Positions 28,366 through 36,115 of a stretch of 36,241 bases of DNA are shown in pieces. The translations under genes and the position numbers were made by a program. The stretch's first letter is position 1. Each line of letters starts with the position of its first letter. The stretch is taken from the IMG/VR virus record IMGVR_UViG_3300042297_000545, positions 1 to 36,241 of that record; one strand, given 5' to 3'. The stretch is from a virus. Lineage: Duplodnaviria; Caudoviricetes. Below the pieces are notes generated by a model. It worked only from the letters and a program-made list of their open reading frames with translations. It was not told the DNA's origin and ran no database searches.

Positions 28366-29504
28366 TACGCCACCCTCCGGTTCGAGGGCGAGCCCAGCGC
28401 AATCCCGTGCCCTGCCGCAAACACGTCTCGGCGGTCGTCGTCTGGCATGTCCATGATGTGGCCCCGCAGGTACTTGAGGGTGATCGACTTGTCGCGGGAC
28501 GCCCCGCCATACCGCATCTTCATGCCCGACACTTCCATTACATCCGGCAGCACGACCGTGGACACATCGCGACGGCCGGCGCGCACCTCCTGCACCGCGT
28601 CGGGGTCCGCCTTCGGGTCCAGCATCCGCGAGAGCCCGAAGATGTTGGCGCCCATCTGCTCCTTCTTGCCCTTGTTGTACAGCCAGTCGACCAGCGGCCG
28701 CCGGTAGTGCGCCAGGGCGTCCCCGCCCGTCCTCGAGCTGTTCAGCTGCGTCAGTAGGATGATGGGGATGCTCAGGGCCTTCGCCGCCCGCAGGGCCATC
28801 GCCTGCATCTGGTTGCTCACCGCAATGTCGGCCCCTGACTCCCCGGCGTCGTGCTCGGCGTGGTCGACGTGGTCGACGATCACCACGTCGCTCTCCTGCA
28901 GCTGCGCCACCCGCAGCGCGTTCGCAAACGACTTGGGCGTCAGCGCGTCGATCGGCTCTATCCGCAGCGCCTCGAGCAGCTCGCGGTCCTCGCGCATCAG
29001 CCGGTAGGCCACGGTCAGCTCGTCGTGCTGCGCCTTCGCCACGGTGTCGCCCATCTCAGCGCGGTCCTTGAGCCGCTTGGACAGCGCCTCGTCGGCCGAG
29101 ATCCCGCAGTCGAGACACGCCAAGCGTGTGAACGTCTCGCCGGGGTCGGCCTCGAGCGGCAGGTATGTCACCTTCTTCTTTTGGACGCGCAGGAAGTGCT
29201 GCAGCAGATGCGCCGCGAACGACGTCTTGCCGTTGCCGGGGAAGGCCGCGATGTACGTCAGGCGCCCCGGCACGAGCGGCCCCGCGAAGTCGTTCATGGC
29301 CTTCCACGGCCAGCGGAGCAGGGCCGACGTGTCCATCTCGTGCAGCCATTCGGCGTAGTCGAGCGCCTCTTGGCCGATCACATACGGGTCGCGGTTTGCG
29401 AGCGCGTGGTGCGCGACGCAATACGCAGCCTGCCCATCGACCCAGCCGCGTTGCGGCAGATCAACCAGGTGGTGGCAGAAATGACAGGTGAGCGTGCGCG
29501 CCAT
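28365..29504 (-). CDS. DnaB-like (SF4) replicative helicase
   Basis: Walker A AFPGNGKT, LPLE, VVIVDH, LLTQLN and KMRYG. Confidence 0.85.
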   Translation of the reverse strand: MARTLTCHFCHHLVDLPQRGWVDGQAAYCVAHHALANRDPYVIGQEALDYAEWLHEMDTSALLRWPWKAMNDFAGPLVPGRLTYIAAFPGNGKTSFAAHLLQHFLRVQKKKVTYLPLEADPGETFTRLACLDCGISADEALSKRLKDRAEMGDTVAKAQHDELTVAYRLMREDRELLEALRIEPIDALTPKSFANALRVAQLQESDVVIVDHVDHAEHDAGESGADIAVSNQMQAMALRAAKALSIPIILLTQLNSSRTGGDALAHYRRPLVDWLYNKGKKEQMGANIFGLSRMLDPKADPDAVQEVRAGRRDVSTVVLPDVMEVSGMKMRYGGASRDKSITLKYLRGHIMDMPDDDRRDVFAAGHGIALGSPSNRRVA

Positions 29505-29752
29505 TACGCCGCCCCGTCAAACAGCATCGGCGCCGTGTCGTCGTCCCGCGGCTCACGCGGCTCGGCCGCCATGTCGATGCGGGCGGCCGGATCGAACGCC
29601 CGACGCGCCACGCCGGCGAGATCCTGCAGCAGGCGCGCGATCACAGTGCGCTCACCGATGGTGAGGTGGTGGCCGCGCATGGTCAAGCGTGCCGCGACCA
29701 TCTCGGCCTGCTGGATGGCGGCGCGCAGCTCGCCGTTCGTGGCGATCGACAT
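29504..29752 (-). CDS. Hypothetical protein, 82 aa
   Basis: Start MSIATNGELR; stop/start overlaps on both sides. Confidence 0.65.
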   Translation of the reverse strand: MSIATNGELRAAIQQAEMVAARLTMRGHHLTIGERTVIARLLQDLAGVARRAFDPAARIDMAAEPREPRDDDTAPMLFDGAA

Positions 29753-29895
29753 CAGTCCACCCACCCGTCGCCGCGACGGACATGCCACCAGCGATGGGCG
29801 AGGATCTCTCGCAGGAGGCCGAGCAGAGACGTGCTCGAGTAGCTGCCAGCGCGGCAATGGTAGGACCAGAGCCTGCCGTATGTCAGGCGGGTCAT
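29752..29895 (-). CDS. Hypothetical protein, 47 aa
   Basis: Start MTRLTYGRLW; ATGA and TGATG overlaps. Confidence 0.55.
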   Translation of the reverse strand: MTRLTYGRLWSYHCRAGSYSSTSLLGLLREILAHRWWHVRRGDGWVD

Positions 29896-30788
29896 GCGAC
29901 ACTCCGCAGGGGGTTCCCGAAGTCTGTTTCGGGAACGTTCCGAGGCGCCTGTGCCGACGGGAGACCGAGCGCACGCCGGCGGATCGGGTGTATCCACGGC
30001 GCCGGTGTGTACGTATCCACGAGCGCCGGTCGCCCCCGAGACTGCCGCCCATTAAGCGGCACCGGCCCGACGGTCCACGTGGTCACGATCCGGCCTGCCT
30101 GCGACGCGCCACCGACCCGCATCACGGTCTGCTCGGTGGCCATCCGCATCATCTGCGTCTTAATGATTGTCTTGCGAAACTGCGGCAGCCGCTCGGCAAT
30201 CGCGGACACCGTAAGCGGGCCGTGCGTGGCAAGCAGCTCGACCACCACGCCCGCGATCGTGCTCGGTAGCGTGTATGGCAGCGTCGCCAGCGGCACGCGG
30301 TCGCACTGGGCGATCGGCACGAAGCCCGCCGCGACGCTGCTGTACACGGACTCCACCAGCTCGAGCGGCCAGCGCGTCTGGTCCTCTCGCGGCGCGGTGA
30401 AATCACCCAGCGCTTCGCGCCACGTCATGTTCATGAGCACGCGGCCTTGGGTGTGCTGCGCGCACGGGCGAGTCATAATCCGATACCGGCCGCCGTCGTG
30501 GAGGCGGACGCGGACCCCCGTGGGTCGGGCGGGCGTCAGCACGTCGAGCGCGCTGATTGTCGCGGCGTAGCGCATCGGTTTCGACGCCCCCGGCGCCGAA
30601 CGACGGGCGACGAGATGGCCCGACGCCAGCATCTCGCGGATCACGCGGTTCGCGGTCGAGGCGTGGACGGTCGCGAGCACGCGGTACAGGCCTGGACGGT
30701 CCAGCGTGCGGTCGTCGGCCAGCGCGTCGAGGATGGCGCGGTACATCGCGGCGCGCTTGGCAAGCGCATGCGGGGCGATCACCGCCAT
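29892..30788 (-). CDS. Protein with two winged-HTH-like domains, 298 aa
   Basis: STANRVIREMLASGHL and GPLTVSAIAERL...IIKTQMMRM; GGGAG RBS before the ATG at 30788. Confidence 0.6.
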   Translation of the reverse strand: MAVIAPHALAKRAAMYRAILDALADDRTLDRPGLYRVLATVHASTANRVIREMLASGHLVARRSAPGASKPMRYAATISALDVLTPARPTGVRVRLHDGGRYRIMTRPCAQHTQGRVLMNMTWREALGDFTAPREDQTRWPLELVESVYSSVAAGFVPIAQCDRVPLATLPYTLPSTIAGVVVELLATHGPLTVSAIAERLPQFRKTIIKTQMMRMATEQTVMRVGGASQAGRIVTTWTVGPVPLNGRQSRGRPALVDTYTPAPWIHPIRRRALGLPSAQAPRNVPETDFGNPLRSVA

Positions 30789-30916
30789 GTGGCGACTCCC
30801 TTGGTGAGCACATGGAGGAAGGTGCGCACCGCGTCTTCGATAGCGAAGGCGGCGTGGATAGCGCCGATCGCCGTCAGGCATCCCAGCGGCCAGAGGTACA
30901 TCGTGGGGATGGTCAT
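30779..30916 (-). CDS. Small hydrophobic protein, 45 aa (not in the ORF track)
   Basis: Manual translation MTIPTMYLWPLGCLTAIGAIHAAF...; ATGA overlap. Confidence 0.5.
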   Translation of the reverse strand: MTIPTMYLWPLGCLTAIGAIHAAFAIEDAVRTFLHVLTKGVATWR

Positions 30917-31173
30917 AACACTTCCTTGCGCGCCTTGCGGACCGCGGCGTTATAGAGTTTGAGGATGGTGCGCTCGCATTCGGCGCAATAGTCGGCTTCG
31001 GCTTTCACATGGGGAGCGTTGATGAACTGCCGCATCGGGCGCAGGCGCGACTCGGCGCGCATTCGGCCCACGTTCTCGGCGTGGCGTGACAGCGCACGGG
31101 CAGCGCTCGCGAGATCCTGCCGGATGTGGTCGATCGTCCGGCGTGTGTCGGTATGGTCGGCAATGCGTGTCAC
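30913..31173 (-). CDS. Hypothetical protein, 86 aa
   Basis: GTGA overlap; start MTRIADHTD. Confidence 0.6.
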   Translation of the reverse strand: MTRIADHTDTRRTIDHIRQDLASAARALSRHAENVGRMRAESRLRPMRQFINAPHVKAEADYCAECERTILKLYNAAVRKARKEVL

Positions 31174-31400
31174 CGGCCCGCCTCCCGCCGCTCGCGCCAC
31201 TCAACGGCAGCATGGAGCGGCACCCGCGTGACCATTCGGCCGCCAGGCGTTACCACCCGCTTGTGCGACGGCAGGCAGCCAACACGGCGCGCCGGTTCTC
31301 CCGCGCCCGTTTCGCCATTGACGCGCTGGTACACCCGCGCCCGCGTGACGCCCACCAGCGCGGCGACTTCCGCGATACCCAAATCCGGCTCGGGGGTCAT
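31170..31400 (-). CDS. Small HTH DNA-binding protein, 76 aa
   Basis: LGIAEVAALVGVTRARVYQRV. Confidence 0.75.
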   Translation of the reverse strand: MTPEPDLGIAEVAALVGVTRARVYQRVNGETGAGEPARRVGCLPSHKRVVTPGGRMVTRVPLHAAVEWRERREAGR

Positions 31401-31636
31401 GCGCCACCTTCCAGCGCGACGAGCGCCGACACCGCATCCGCCAGCGCCCGCTGCGCCGCCCCATGCAGGACGTCACGAGGGCCGTGTCGCACGTCGAGCC
31501 ATGCCTTCGCCGCCGTAATCACGGCCCGCTCGGCGTGTAGGTGGTCGGACACCTTTTGCGCAGACCAGCAGCTGTGGACGTCGTCGGCGCGCACCATCTG
31601 AAGGCACCAGTTGCATTGCACGGGATCGGGCATCAT
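31397..31636 (-). CDS. Hypothetical protein, 79 aa
   Basis: Start MMPDPVQCNWC; ATGA overlaps. Confidence 0.6.
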   Translation of the reverse strand: MMPDPVQCNWCLQMVRADDVHSCWSAQKVSDHLHAERAVITAAKAWLDVRHGPRDVLHGAAQRALADAVSALVALEGGA

Positions 31637-31926
31637 GCGCCACGCTCCCGCTTCGCCGTCTCGGCGTCCCGCTGCTCGGCTTCGCGGGACAGGCGCCACG
31701 CCCAGGTGACGCAGACCGCGAGCACGATGACGTAGCCCAGCCAGAAGGGCTCCAAGACGAAGCCGGGGGCCAAACACAGCGCGTATTCATGTCGCGTGGG
31801 AGGTCGCACATTATCACCGGACGGCCCCACGGTGACCCCCATCGCATCCACGCTACTCACACGGTAGACGGCCTTTTCGCTATGTTGTCTGGATGGCCTT
31901 ACAGATCGACAATTACTAGGCCTCAC
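31633..31926 (-). CDS. Single-TM hypothetical protein; start uncertain (GTG 31926 or TTG 31755); the long form spans the candidate attP
   Basis: TM segment FWLGYVIVLAVCVTWAW; the frame is open from the integrase stop overlap. Confidence 0.5.
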   Translation of the reverse strand: MRPSNCRSVRPSRQHSEKAVYRVSSVDAMGVTVGPSGDNVRPPTRHEYALCLAPGFVLEPFWLGYVIVLAVCVTWAWRLSREAEQRDAETAKRERGA

Positions 31927-31961
31927 GAGGCAAACCCTCGCCGTGTCGCGTGCGGGGTTGC
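31790..31961. other. Candidate attP
   Basis: 15/18 direct repeats at 31790-31807 and 31944-31961 flank CTAC-7 bp-GTAG (31853-31867); lower GC; at the 3' end of the integrase. Confidence 0.55.
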
Positions 31962-33023
31962 TTTACGGTTGAGCTCGTCCATCGCATCCTCGAGTTCAAA
32001 GTTGGCGTAAACGCTGGCCGTGATGCCGATGTTGGCATGGCCCAGCCACTTGCTGACCTTCCAGATTTGTTCGCCGCGCAGGATCGCGCGGACCGCGTAA
32101 CTGTGGCGTGCATCGCGGAGCTGGTAGCCGGGGAGCTTCGCAGCCGTCCGTGCCGCGATGTGTTCCTTGTTCACTAGCTTGGCGCGGAGCGTCGGGAACA
32201 GCGGGGCATCGAGCATCATGCCCCGCACGTGCTGCGCGAGAATCGGGAGCGCCCACGGCTCAATCGGGATGCCGCGGCGGTCCCGGTTCGCGTTCTTGGT
32301 GCCAGGGATGTGGCACGTGGCCGCGGTCAGGTCGAGGTCCGACCGCACCATCACCAGTGCCGCATCGCGTTCGGCGCCCGTCGCGTGCACCAGCGCGAAG
32401 TAGCTGCGGAACGGCTCCGGTGCCGCGTTCACGAGCTTCAAGTCATCGGCGTCCGACTTCCACATCGTGCGTTTCACCGTCCCCTTCGGGAGCGGGATGC
32501 CCTTGACCGGGTTTTCGCTGATAAGCCGGTGCGCTTTGAGGTACTGCGCGAACTTGCTGAAGGCGTGCGCGTACTGCCGCACCGTGGCCGGCGTCATCTC
32601 GAGATCGGCTAGCCGGTCCATCAGCCACCCGCCCGTGAGCGCCGACAGCGGCAGCGGCTCGTCGCCCAGAAGCGTCCGCACCTTCTGCTCGTACGCGACC
32701 ACCGTGCGCGACGCCAGCTTCATCGTCCGCACCCAGCGGTCCACGTAGTCGAGCGCCAGCGGCTCGGCGGCCTTCGCGGCGTCGGCCAGCAGCGCGTCCA
32801 GCCCGTTGACCGCAAACGCATCCCACACCGCGCCGACGGTCACCAGCTTGGCGTCGATGGCGCCCAGCACATCCCAGCGCCGTTGATCGGCCAGCGTGTC
32901 GACCATGCGCCCCATGCGCTTCGCCAGATTCGCGTCGGTCGTGCCCGTGGACCGCTGCACCGCGCCGCCCGAACTGCGCGGCACGTACAGGCTCCAGAAC
33001 TTGCCTCGCTTGAAGGTCATCAC
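31923..33023 (-). CDS. int: Tyrosine integrase, 366 aa
   Basis: N-terminal arm-binding pattern KRGKFW...RSTGT; SAM-like core (ENPVKGI); catalytic GTK, RDARH, LGH and VY. Confidence 0.9.
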   Translation of the reverse strand: MMTFKRGKFWSLYVPRSSGGAVQRSTGTTDANLAKRMGRMVDTLADQRRWDVLGAIDAKLVTVGAVWDAFAVNGLDALLADAAKAAEPLALDYVDRWVRTMKLASRTVVAYEQKVRTLLGDEPLPLSALTGGWLMDRLADLEMTPATVRQYAHAFSKFAQYLKAHRLISENPVKGIPLPKGTVKRTMWKSDADDLKLVNAAPEPFRSYFALVHATGAERDAALVMVRSDLDLTAATCHIPGTKNANRDRRGIPIEPWALPILAQHVRGMMLDAPLFPTLRAKLVNKEHIAARTAAKLPGYQLRDARHSYAVRAILRGEQIWKVSKWLGHANIGITASVYANFELEDAMDELNRKATPHATRRGFAS

Positions 33024-33187
33024 GCGGCCCGCCTGACGTGCGCGGCGATCCAGTCAAGGCACTCGTCGCGCACCCAAAACACCTTGCCGCCAATCTTGGC
33101 TCGTGGGCAGCTCGACCGTTGCAGCCAGTCCTCCGTCGTGCGGAGGAGCGTGGAGGCTTCGGCGAGGGTCAGGATAGGGTCAGTCAC
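33020..33187 (-). CDS. xis: Excisionase-like HTH protein, 55 aa (not in the ORF track)
   Basis: Manual translation MTDPILTLAEASTLLRTTEDWLQRSSCPRAKIGGKVFWVRDECLDWIAAHVRRAA; overlaps the int start. Confidence 0.75.
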   Translation of the reverse strand: MTDPILTLAEASTLLRTTEDWLQRSSCPRAKIGGKVFWVRDECLDWIAAHVRRAA

Positions 33188-33456
33188 GAGGCCCCCGGAA
33201 ACAGCACATCGGTAGCACTGGGTGCTACACTGGCCGCGTCGTCGGTGCGGGCGGCGTCGATGGACCTGAGCAACGCGGTGCGGTACTGCCCCATCGTCTG
33301 GTAGGTCATCGCGATAGAGTCACTTGAGATGATCTCTCGCAACAGACCGGCATCCACCCTCAGCGCATCGCGCTCGGCGCGGAGCGTGGACATCTCCTCC
33401 TGTACACACTGAATCGCCGCCATCTGCATGGCCATGAGGCTCGATTCGTCAATCAT
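33184..33456 (-). CDS. Hypothetical early protein with a coiled coil, 90 aa
   Basis: Start MIDESSLM; ATGA and GTGA overlaps. Confidence 0.6.
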   Translation of the reverse strand: MIDESSLMAMQMAAIQCVQEEMSTLRAERDALRVDAGLLREIISSDSIAMTYQTMGQYRTALLRSIDAARTDDAASVAPSATDVLFPGAS

Positions 33457-34277
33457 GCCGCCGCCTCCACGTCGTCGTGCCCGTACGGGTCCGGCTGCGC
33501 CAAGGCACGCTGTGCGCGGGCCTTCGCCTGCTCCGGCGTCGGCATCTCGTCGCCGTGCCCGTAGGCGTCGGACGTGACGCTCTTGTGCGCGATCTGCTTC
33601 GGGGCGCGGGCGTCCTCGTACTGTGCTTCGGCGATCACGACCTTCGCCGTGTCGTCGGCCGAACTCTCGAGCATTGCGAACTGCTGCCCAAACGTCGGCA
33701 CCACCTCCGCGACCTGCTTCCACGCCCGACGGCCGGCGCGGGTCGTCGCCGTCTTGGTGGGCTCCGCATCGCCCACGGGGTCACGCTGCCGCACGCCGCC
33801 GCCGCACCAGTTGACGCCGACGACGGTGCGGCCGGTCGCCGCGATCGTAATGCGCTGCACCACCGCGGCGGCCGCCTTCTCCGGCACCGCGTGCGTGATG
33901 CGGGCACGGATGCGTCGCGTGCTCTCATCAATCGCCCAGGCGTCCCCAGTCGCGGCGAGCGTATCGAGGCGCGCGTCGGCGTTGATGAACTCTGGCTCGT
34001 GCGGGATGAGCGCACCCGACTGAATCAACGGCGCGGCGCGCTCCTCGTAGAGCGTGGCCGTCAAGTACGGCTTCCCCCCGAGCACTTCGATGTGGCGCAG
34101 AGGGTCCAGCCCGTTGCTGCGGCAATACTCGGCGAGGGCGTAGACGCCCTCGGCGCTGAGGTCTTTCGACCACACGGTGCCGCGGATCGCGGCGGCCATG
34201 CGGTTCTTCGCCTTGTTCTCAGCGATGCGCAGCTCGGCCTCGGGGCCAAAGCGGGCGACGGCGGTTCCCTCACTCAT
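33453..34277 (-). CDS. Redbeta/RecT-like single-strand annealing protein, 274 aa
   Basis: YCRSNGLDPLR and PTKTATTRAGRRAWK resemble the two conserved RecT/Bet motifs; acidic tail. Confidence 0.6.
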   Translation of the reverse strand: MSEGTAVARFGPEAELRIAENKAKNRMAAAIRGTVWSKDLSAEGVYALAEYCRSNGLDPLRHIEVLGGKPYLTATLYEERAAPLIQSGALIPHEPEFINADARLDTLAATGDAWAIDESTRRIRARITHAVPEKAAAAVVQRITIAATGRTVVGVNWCGGGVRQRDPVGDAEPTKTATTRAGRRAWKQVAEVVPTFGQQFAMLESSADDTAKVVIAEAQYEDARAPKQIAHKSVTSDAYGHGDEMPTPEQAKARAQRALAQPDPYGHDDVEAAA

Positions 34278-34567
34278 GCCGCACGCTCCAACGCCATCGG
34301 CGCCATTACCCGCCACATCATGCCGCGCGACATCGCGGGCACCTCGACGTCGTAGCAGTAGCGCGCCCAGACCTGCGCCTCCTCGTCGGTGAACGATCGA
34401 AAGATGCGATCGAACGCCACATCGTTCTCGGCGAGCGCGTACGCATTCGTCCACCGTCCACGTCGGCCGACGAGGTGCGTGCACTGCTTGACGCGATCGT
34501 CGGGGTGCAGGGCTTCGGCTTCGGCCACCAGCTGCTGGGCGGCGCGCATCACAAGACTGTGCGGCAT
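34274..34567 (-). CDS. Hypothetical protein, 97 aa
   Basis: Start MPHSLVMRA; fits the coupled early operon. Confidence 0.65.
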   Translation of the reverse strand: MPHSLVMRAAQQLVAEAEALHPDDRVKQCTHLVGRRGRWTNAYALAENDVAFDRIFRSFTDEEAQVWARYCYDVEVPAMSRGMMWRVMAPMALERAA

Positions 34568-34569
34568 GG

Positions 34570-34872
34570 TCAGGTTCCCCAAGTGAGAGAGCGCGAGGCA
34601 CGGCGTGCCTCGTCGTCGGCCTGCTTCAGTTCATACAGGCGTAAGCGCGCCTGAGTGATGGCGTCGTCGAGGTCGTGCCCCGTCGACTCGAGCGTGAGGC
34701 CGCCCACGGTGATCGTCACGCGGGCGCCGTGCTGCTTCAGGAAGTCGTAGTGCGCCGCCGCGTTTTGCTGCGCGACCTCGCGCACCCGCTGCTCGTGCAC
34801 CGCGGCCTCACGGTGCTCGCGGGCCACGCGCATCCACTCCGGCTCATACGGTGCGCCGTAGTCGCGAGGCAT
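34570..34872 (-). CDS. Hypothetical protein, 100 aa
   Basis: Start MPRDYGAPY at a TAATG overlap; GGAGG RBS. Confidence 0.65.
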   Translation of the reverse strand: MPRDYGAPYEPEWMRVAREHREAAVHEQRVREVAQQNAAAHYDFLKQHGARVTITVGGLTLESTGHDLDDAITQARLRLYELKQADDEARRASRSLTWGT

Positions 34873-35135
34873 TACGCAGCCTCCCACACAGCCCGCTGGA
34901 TCTCGCGGCGCGCCTCGGCTCCCGATAGCTCACGCACGAACGAGTCGGCCTCGCCGCTGGTGTCGGGATTCGGGGTGGTGATGACCAGCGTCTTGTGCAG
35001 GACGGTGCCATCGGCCGTGGTGATGGTGTCGGCCGGCTCGCCCGTCAGCAGAACGGGGTAGGTGCGCCGTCGCTGGCCGTCGGTGCTGCAGTACAGGACT
35101 GTGCGCCGGAGCGTGCCGTGCGTTAGATTCTTCAT
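34872..35135 (-). CDS. Hypothetical protein, 87 aa
   Basis: Start MKNLTHG; GAGG RBS. Confidence 0.65.
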   Translation of the reverse strand: MKNLTHGTLRRTVLYCSTDGQRRRTYPVLLTGEPADTITTADGTVLHKTLVITTPNPDTSGEADSFVRELSGAEARREIQRAVWEAA

Positions 35136-35205
35136 GTCTTCTGACCTCTTGGGTGGGGTGGGGACCACGCCCCCGATCTGTTGACGCAGATGCGGGGGCA
35201 CTTCA

Positions 35206-35400
35206 TTACGCTGCAGCTTGCCGTGCGATCGGGTCTTGCGAGTCCTGCACGGTGCGCGCCGCGGCTTGCGCGGCCGCCAGCCGGATGAACGCCGACACGG
35301 AGCGGTCGGATAAAAACGCCGCTCGGCGAATCAGCCTCTGGTCGGATTGCGGCATCGCAACCGCCAAACGCACAAGAGGGTTTTGCTGACTTGTTTTCAT
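35206..35400 (-). CDS. Ribbon-helix-helix protein (DUF1778/Arc-like) in the Cro position, 64 aa
   Basis: Strand VRLAVAM followed by helices DQRLIRRAA and SVSAFIRLAA; first gene after the early promoter. Confidence 0.75.
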   Translation of the reverse strand: MKTSQQNPLVRLAVAMPQSDQRLIRRAAFLSDRSVSAFIRLAAAQAAARTVQDSQDPIARQAAA

Positions 35401-35418
35401 GTCGGCCGTTTGATAACG

Positions 35419-35433
35419 TTAGTGTCTCACTAA
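35419..35433. promoter_or_regulatory. Putative operator palindrome TTAGTG-tct-CACTAA
   Basis: Perfect 6-bp inverted repeat just downstream of the early promoter; overlaps the palindrome TAACGTTA (35414-35421). Confidence 0.55.
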
Positions 35434-35443
35434 GGCTTCGCCA

Positions 35444-35471
35444 ATTATACAGCAACTTATGAATCCGTCAA
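35444..35471 (-). promoter_or_regulatory. Sigma70-type early lytic promoter
   Basis: Minus strand TTGACG-16 nt-TATAAT in the AT-rich divergent gap. Confidence 0.8.
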
Positions 35472-35484
35472 GCATGAACGTGCA

Positions 35485-35892
35485 ATGACTGATGAGGAGA
35501 TTCGGACGGCCCTTCTGGCGCGTGCCGAAAATGAGACGTGGCGCGCTTTATCCGGCGCCGCTGGCGTCAGCCAGGAGACGCTGCGCCAGTTCGCGCTGGA
35601 GCCCGGGCGTAAGCTTGGCGCGAGAAGCCGTGCGGCCGTGCTGCTCTGGCTACAGCCAGTCTCCCTGCCGCCGTCTGTGGCAGAAGAAATCCGTAAGGCC
35701 CTCGGCCACGCACGGGAAACGGTGCGCCTGCTCGAGGCGGTCGTTGCTTCAGCGGGCCGCCGGAACGAGGCCGAGGCCATCGCCCTCCGCGAGGCGGCGG
35801 CCCAGACGATCGCCGACGGCGACGTTACGAAGCCCGCAGGAGCAGCCGCTCGTCCACGGAAGTCAAAGGCTGAATATTCTCATCGAGCATGA
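35485..35892 (+). CDS. Putative immunity repressor (N-terminal HTH, no S24 peptidase domain), 135 aa
   Basis: Only credible plus-strand gene, divergent from the early operon; TWRALSGAAGVSQETLRQF HTH. Confidence 0.7.
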   Translation: MTDEEIRTALLARAENETWRALSGAAGVSQETLRQFALEPGRKLGARSRAAVLLWLQPVSLPPSVAEEIRKALGHARETVRLLEAVVASAGRRNEAEAIALREAAAQTIADGDVTKPAGAAARPRKSKAEYSHRA

Positions 35893-36076
35893 GGTGCAGC
35901 AGGTCGCCGTAGAGGCGACCGGGCGGGATGGCGACGCGTCGGAGTTCGGTGCGCCCCGAGGCGTCGGTGACGGCAAGAGAATCCTCAGCCGCCGGACGAA
36001 TGACCAACAGGTCGCCGGGGCGCGCCACAATCGGCGCAATCATAGGACTGAGAACTCGGCAGACAATCGTCGTCAT
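35825..36076 (-). CDS. Hypothetical protein convergent with the repressor, at least 83 aa; may start further upstream across the G15 tract
   Basis: MTTIVCRVLSPMIAPIVARPGDLLVIRP has a protein-like composition; overlaps the repressor 3' end by 68 nt. Confidence 0.5.
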   Translation of the reverse strand: MTTIVCRVLSPMIAPIVARPGDLLVIRPAAEDSLAVTDASGRTELRRVAIPPGRLYGDLLHLMLDENIQPLTSVDERLLLRAS

Positions 36077-36099
36077 TAGACCCGAAGAAAAGCCAAAGC

Positions 36100-36114
36100 G
36101 GGGGGGGGGGGGGG
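36100..36114 (+). repeat. G15 homopolymer
   Basis: Read directly from the sequence. Confidence 0.8.
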
Positions 36115-36115
36115 T

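Larger units (their letters stand above)
26..36115. mobile_element. Complete temperate siphovirus genome (circular, excised form), about 36.1 kb
   Basis: Terminase, portal, capsid, tail tube, tape measure, lysis, integrase, repressor and replication genes are all present; the ends overlap; no host genes are seen. Confidence 0.95.

Noticed and set aside
31801-31820. dif-like sequence (GGTCGCACATTATC)
   Set aside because: No proper XerD arm (TTATGTTAAAT), and the phage encodes its own integrase.
31820-31900. tRNA gene or tRNA fragment at attP
   Set aside because: Only a short anticodon-arm-like match; no T-arm (GTTCGA), D-arm or acceptor stem.
191-35389. Many long plus-strand and alternative-frame ORFs (for example 1998-3137, 14549-16051, 19897-21342)
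   Set aside because: Shadow ORFs of GC-rich minus-strand genes; Arg/Ala/Pro-rich with no recognisable motifs.
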